Source: Desulfomonilia bacterium
GTDB taxonomy: Bacteria; Desulfobacterota; Desulfomonilia; UBA1062
Length of the DNA stretch: 64,000 nucleotides
Assembly: GCA_050014195.1 (NCBI GenBank)
Contig: JBEKDT010000010.1
Location: forward strand, 117,143 to 181,142
Reading direction: 5' to 3'
The notes under the pieces are model-generated. The model made no database searches and was not told the origin of the DNA. It saw only the letters and a list, made by a program, of their open reading frames with translations. Positions 60,794 to 64,000 of the stretch are shown in pieces (position 1 is the first letter of the stretch; every line of letters starts with the position of its first letter). The position numbers were made by a program, and so were the translations under genes.

Positions 60794-61750
60794 ATGAAAG
60801 TGCTCTTCACCGGTGACCTTCACGGCAGGCGGGTCCTGTATGAAGGGATGATGGAGCTCGCGGTCAAAGAAGAGGTGCAGTGCATCATCCTCGGCGGCGA
60901 CATCCTCCCCACCCTGATCCCCAGCCCCATCGCCCTCATCAACGGCCGCGCCGGCTTCCAGGATGACCTCAAGGGCCAGCTCCGCTTCGTGGACGGCTAT
61001 CTTTCCACGGTCTTCGCCTCGTTCCTCGCATCGAACCCGGGCATGAAGACCCTCTACATCCCCGGCAACCACGACTGGATTCCCGTGCTGGAGCGTCTTG
61101 CAGCCGCCCTTCCCCAGGCCGTCAACATCCATGGGAAGACCGTGCATCTGGGTGGCCTCACCTTTTTCGGCTATGCCTGTGTTCCGGATTCGACGTTCTG
61201 GGTGAAGGATTATGCGCGCAGGGACCTGAAGCGTGACTCCTACGTGCCGAGCAAGTTCGCCATCGTGAGCGATACGGACAGGCTGCGGCCAAGCCCGGAC
61301 GGAGAATATGCCGTGAAGAACCCCAGCATCGAGGAAGATCTCATGACCGTCTCCTTCGACGACCCCGGCCACACCGTCTGCGTGTTCCACTGCCCCCCGT
61401 ATGAGAGCGGTCTCGACACCCTGCACACCGGAAAGCCCATCGGCTCGAAGGCCATAAGAGGTTTCCTCGAGAGGACCCGGCCCATGGTGAGCCTGCACGG
61501 GCACATCCACGAATCCCCCTACATGTCAGGGGTGTACCGGACCCACATCAACGGCTGCCTGGCAGTGAACCCAGGCCAGGGCCCCAACCTGTTTCATGCC
61601 GTGACCTTTGATACCGACGACCCGGAAGCGACCATGACCCACAACCTGTTCGGCAGGGCCATGCCGCACGAAGACATGCACAAGCTCATGCCCGAGCGCC
61701 GCATGCGCAAGATCAAGGCCTTTTTCATGGACACCGTGCTCAAGGGTTGA
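60794..61750 (+). CDS. Calcineurin-like metallophosphoesterase
   Basis: DLHG, GGD, PGNHD, HCPP, HGHIHE. Confidence 0.9.
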   Translation: MKVLFTGDLHGRRVLYEGMMELAVKEEVQCIILGGDILPTLIPSPIALINGRAGFQDDLKGQLRFVDGYLSTVFASFLASNPGMKTLYIPGNHDWIPVLERLAAALPQAVNIHGKTVHLGGLTFFGYACVPDSTFWVKDYARRDLKRDSYVPSKFAIVSDTDRLRPSPDGEYAVKNPSIEEDLMTVSFDDPGHTVCVFHCPPYESGLDTLHTGKPIGSKAIRGFLERTRPMVSLHGHIHESPYMSGVYRTHINGCLAVNPGQGPNLFHAVTFDTDDPEATMTHNLFGRAMPHEDMHKLMPERRMRKIKAFFMDTVLKG

Positions 61751-61771
61751 TGGAGATGGGCACGAGGTACA

Positions 61772-61847
61772 GCCGGCTTGTATTATAGCCAGAGTCCCCT
61801 CTTCCCTTGCGGAAGACAGATAGGGTGAAGCTGGCTTGTATTATAGC
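61772..61847. repeat. 18-bp direct repeats around a degenerate CCCCTC..GGGTGAGG palindrome
   Basis: GCYGGCTTGTATTATAGC at 61772-61789 and 61830-61847. Confidence 0.65.
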
Positions 61848-61904
61848 GCGTGCAGAGCTTTTACTTAACACACCGGATTTCCATACAAGATCATTGCTTA
61901 AGTT

Positions 61905-62018
61905 CCCCTCGCCCCCTTGCGGGAGTGATTCGGGACATCCATGTCCCTCACCCTACGGGCGAACGTAAAGTTCGTCAATTTCTGCTTTCCATGCAGAAAT
62001 TTGGGACAGGGTGAGGGG
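61905..62018. repeat. Palindromic repeat interrupted by a ~77-bp multi-hairpin element
   Basis: CCCCTCGCCCCCTTGCGGGAG | insert 61926-62002 | GGGACAGGGTGAGGGG. Confidence 0.65.
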
Positions 62019-62264
62019 TAGTAGTGTAATATTGAAGGGTGTGTGCAGCAAAACGAAACCCACCAAAAGAAATGACCCCGAAGTTCAACCCGCCGGAAAC
62101 CTGGATTCCTTCAGCACCTTGTGCTATAGTTCAAATAATTAAAAGCCCGTACAACTATGAAACGGTTCGCACCCGAAGCCTGCACGATGGATCATGCCAT
62201 GCCGAGGTCAGGACCTTCTCCCCATAAATCTATGCTCACCTGCCGGGACGGAGTTTGCGCGCTT

Positions 62265-62333
62265 TCAGCCCATGCGGTCGAGCGGGCTCTTCACCGCACC
62301 GGAGCCCCGCTGCATGACGTGGGTGTAGACCAT
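62265..62333 (-). pseudogene. intI: Integron integrase C-terminal remnant
   Basis: Translates MVYTHVMQRGSGAVKSPLDRMG*, matching the IntI end TxIYTHV..G..V.SPLD; points away from the adjacent attC array. Confidence 0.82.
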
Positions 62334-62335
62334 GG

Positions 62336-62405
62336 GATGGGAAATACTGTCCAGGAAAGACTACATCTAATTGATCGAGATGTGGCCGAGTACGTTCTGA
62401 AATAA
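62336..62405 (+). pseudogene. 3' fragment of a gene cassette ORF
   Basis: ...GNTVQERLHLIDRDVAEYVLK* ends 8 nt before attC1; AT-richer than the intI fragment it abuts. Confidence 0.5.
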
Positions 62406-62413
62406 GGGTATAT

Positions 62414-62470
62414 GCCCAACAATGGCATGCAGCGGACGGCTTTCATCCGCCGCTGATCTGCATGTTGGCC
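62414..62470 (+). mobile_element. Integron attC site 1
   Basis: GCCCAAC ... AT(G)CAGC GG(A)CGG ... CCGCC GCTGAT ... GTTGGCC; R and L boxes with extrahelical bases. Confidence 0.88.
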
Positions 62471-62496
62471 TCCATTCTCAGCTCCATCAAACTTCA

Positions 62497-62525
62497 TTGA
62501 CAAATAGTAGCCATATGGCTACATT
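62497..62525 (+). promoter_or_regulatory. TA cassette promoter with palindromic operator
   Basis: TTGACA-17 nt-TACATT; perfect palindrome GTAGCCATATGGCTAC at 62507-62522. Confidence 0.8.
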
Positions 62526-62531
62526 ATGTTT

Positions 62532-62822
62532 ATGAAAGAACTCCGCAAAACTGAAGCCTTTGCAAAATGGATTGATGAAATACAAGATATCCGTGCGCGT
62601 GCTCGTATCCTGGTTCGGATTGAGAGGCTATCGGCAGGAAATCCTGGAGATGTTAAGCCAGTTGGTGAAGGTGTTTCAGAGTTGCGTATTGATTATGGAC
62701 CCGGCTATCGAGTTTATTACAAAGAACAAGGACGGAAGCTGATAATTCTCTTAGCAGGTGGTGATAAGCATTCCCAGGCAAGGGATATAAAAACTGCCTT
62801 ACGTTTGGCAAGAAACTTATAG
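62532..62822 (+). CDS. RelE/ParE-superfamily (HigB-like) addiction module toxin
   Basis: GNPGDVKPVGEGVSELRIDYGPGYRVYY, LLAGGDK; alternative ATG at 62526. Confidence 0.92.
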   Translation: MKELRKTEAFAKWIDEIQDIRARARILVRIERLSAGNPGDVKPVGEGVSELRIDYGPGYRVYYKEQGRKLIILLAGGDKHSQARDIKTALRLARNL

Positions 62823-62831
62823 GAGTTCATC

Positions 62832-63125
62832 ATGGCTAAAACAACTACAACTAAATACGATGTCGCTGAACATCTTCGTACACCAGAAGAAATGGCTGCC
62901 TATCTTGAAGCTTGTCTTGAGGAGGCAAATGGCGATGCGGCCTTTATTGCTAAGGCTCTCGGTGATATTGCACGCGCCAAGGGCATGACACAAGTAGCGC
63001 GTGATGCTGGCTTGTCCCGTGAAAGCCTTTACAAAGCACTCTCTGGCGAGAGAAGCCCAGGGTTCGACACAATCCTTAAAGTTTTACAAGCACTCGGCTT
63101 GAAATTGCATGCTGAAGCAGCTTAA
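62832..63125 (+). CDS. HTH addiction module antitoxin
   Basis: ALGDIARAKGMTQVARDAGLSRESLYKALS; AGGAG RBS. Confidence 0.92.
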   Translation: MAKTTTTKYDVAEHLRTPEEMAAYLEACLEEANGDAAFIAKALGDIARAKGMTQVARDAGLSRESLYKALSGERSPGFDTILKVLQALGLKLHAEAA

Positions 63126-63140
63126 GCAAATTGTTAAATC

Positions 63141-63196
63141 GCCCAACCAGCAAATCCACCGGACGGCTTAAGCCGCCGGTGATCTGCATGTTAGCC
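63141..63196 (+). mobile_element. Integron attC site 2
   Basis: GCCCAAC ... ATC(C)ACC GG(A)CGGC TTAA GCCGCC GGTGAT ... GTTAGCC. Confidence 0.9.
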
Positions 63197-63229
63197 TTAA
63201 TATTTGGAGATGATCTGAGAGGAGGGATA

Positions 63230-63856
63230 ATGAGAAACCTTATAATTGGACTCATTTGTTGTATATTGGGTGGTTGTTCAGTAGCACCGCTAAACAAAAG
63301 CGTAGTCCGTCAAGAGCCATATAAGAATATCTCTGGTAAGTCGTTGACAATATCTGCAAACAGAATAGTTGATGCAATCGAATTGGAAAACACTATCGGC
63401 AGGTTTTACAATGGTTTTATATGTATGGACCAAGGGGCTCTTCACTGGAAAGGTACTGAAAATTTTATTCGTGAGAGTACTAATCATGTTAGAAAAAAGT
63501 TGGAGGAGTATGGTTATTTGGTCTTGGGCAAAGCATATTCCCCATTTAATGATGAATATAGCAACCAATCTGACTTATTATTAGGAGGCAAGCTTATTGA
63601 TGTTCAAGCAAACGCCTGCTATTCCACAAAAGGGGTTAAAGGAGAGGCTTATGTTAAGGTAGAGTGGGAGGTTTATGATAATAGAACAAAAAGAATTATC
63701 TTAACTTTGTCAACCGAAGGGTATGGCTCACTACAAGAATTTGATAAGTTTGGAGATACAGTGTTGTTCATTCAGGCATTCGACATGGCAATTGATAATT
63801 TGTTAGCAACAAAGTCATTTTATAATTTGCTGATAAAAGAAAATAAGAATGGCTAA
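63230..63856 (+). CDS. Cassette-borne hypothetical lipoprotein
   Basis: GGAGG RBS, MRNLIIGLICCILGGC lipobox, AT-rich, TAA lies in attC3 R'' (GGCTAAC). Confidence 0.8.
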   Translation: MRNLIIGLICCILGGCSVAPLNKSVVRQEPYKNISGKSLTISANRIVDAIELENTIGRFYNGFICMDQGALHWKGTENFIRESTNHVRKKLEEYGYLVLGKAYSPFNDEYSNQSDLLLGGKLIDVQANACYSTKGVKGEAYVKVEWEVYDNRTKRIILTLSTEGYGSLQEFDKFGDTVLFIQAFDMAIDNLLATKSFYNLLIKENKNG

Positions 63857-63876
63857 CCAAGGCATCCACCGGACGG
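63851..63876 (+). mobile_element. Left half of attC site 3, interrupted
   Basis: GGCTAAC-CAAGGC-ATCCACCGGACGG follows attC2, then similarity ends; R'' is the exact complement of GTTAGCC at the cassette start. Confidence 0.8.
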
Positions 63877-64000
63877 GGGACTTCCCCAGAAAAAGTGGAC
63901 ACTAAGACCTAACTAAGGAGGAGGTGTCCAAGTGGGAAAGATGAAGGGTCCGAGGAAGGCACATCGGTATTCAGACGAGTTTAAGGTGAAAGCGGTATGT
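63877..64000 (+). mobile_element. Left end of an IS3-family-like insertion sequence with start of OrfA
   Basis: IR-like GGACTTCCCCAGAAAAAGTGGACA, AAGGAGG RBS, ORF from 63932 VGKMKGPRKAHRYSDEFKVKAV; cut by window edge, exact end uncertain. Confidence 0.7.

Noticed and set aside
4962-61510. Long antisense ORFs (4962-5825, 15637-16380, 20149-20916, 32100-33158, 53715-54551, 59098-59886, 60710-61510)
   Set aside because: They are shadows of well-supported genes on the other strand and carry no recognisable motifs.
61926-62002. Possible tRNA gene (cloverleaf-like, ~77 nt)
   Set aside because: No acceptor stem, canonical D and T arm placement or CCA end; treated as a miniature element.
62157-62405. 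82-aa plus-strand ORF
   Set aside because: Chimera of the antisense of the intI remnant and a cassette 3' fragment; not a coherent gene.
63131-63229. N-terminal extension of the 241-aa ORF
   Set aside because: It reads through attC2; the real start is 63230, with an RBS and signal peptide.

Overview
About 62 kb of core chromosome from an anaerobic deltaproteobacterium-like organism (Desulfobacterota/Syntrophales-type gene content; inferred), followed by a short accessory end. The core part holds an aroC-aroKB-TPR-aroQ-M24 peptidase-efp-accB-LplA-like operon, a cobalamin-riboswitch TonB receptor, aroF, moaC, tmk/ppdK, lptFG, a MoxR-DUF58-transglutaminase cluster, PAS kinases, nrdD/nrdG with tandem NrdR boxes, acyl-CoA enzymes, the rpsP-khpA-rimM-trmD-rplS-rnhB-yraN operon, uvrA, mfd and tilS. 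Signals the ORF track misses: (1) a decayed integron at 62.27-64 kb, with only the last 22 codons of intI, three attC sites, a toxin-antitoxin cassette, a lipoprotein cassette and an IS3-like element in the third attC; (2) a Phe/Tyr/Trp-rich leader-peptide attenuator before aroF; (3) inverted 7-bp tandem repeat arrays (AGTGAnn) at gene ends that supply stop codons; (4) GTAG-type REP doublets and a nested cloverleaf miniature element; (5) a candidate anti-SD leader RNA before a CoA-transferase. All calls come from reading the sequence; no database searches were run.
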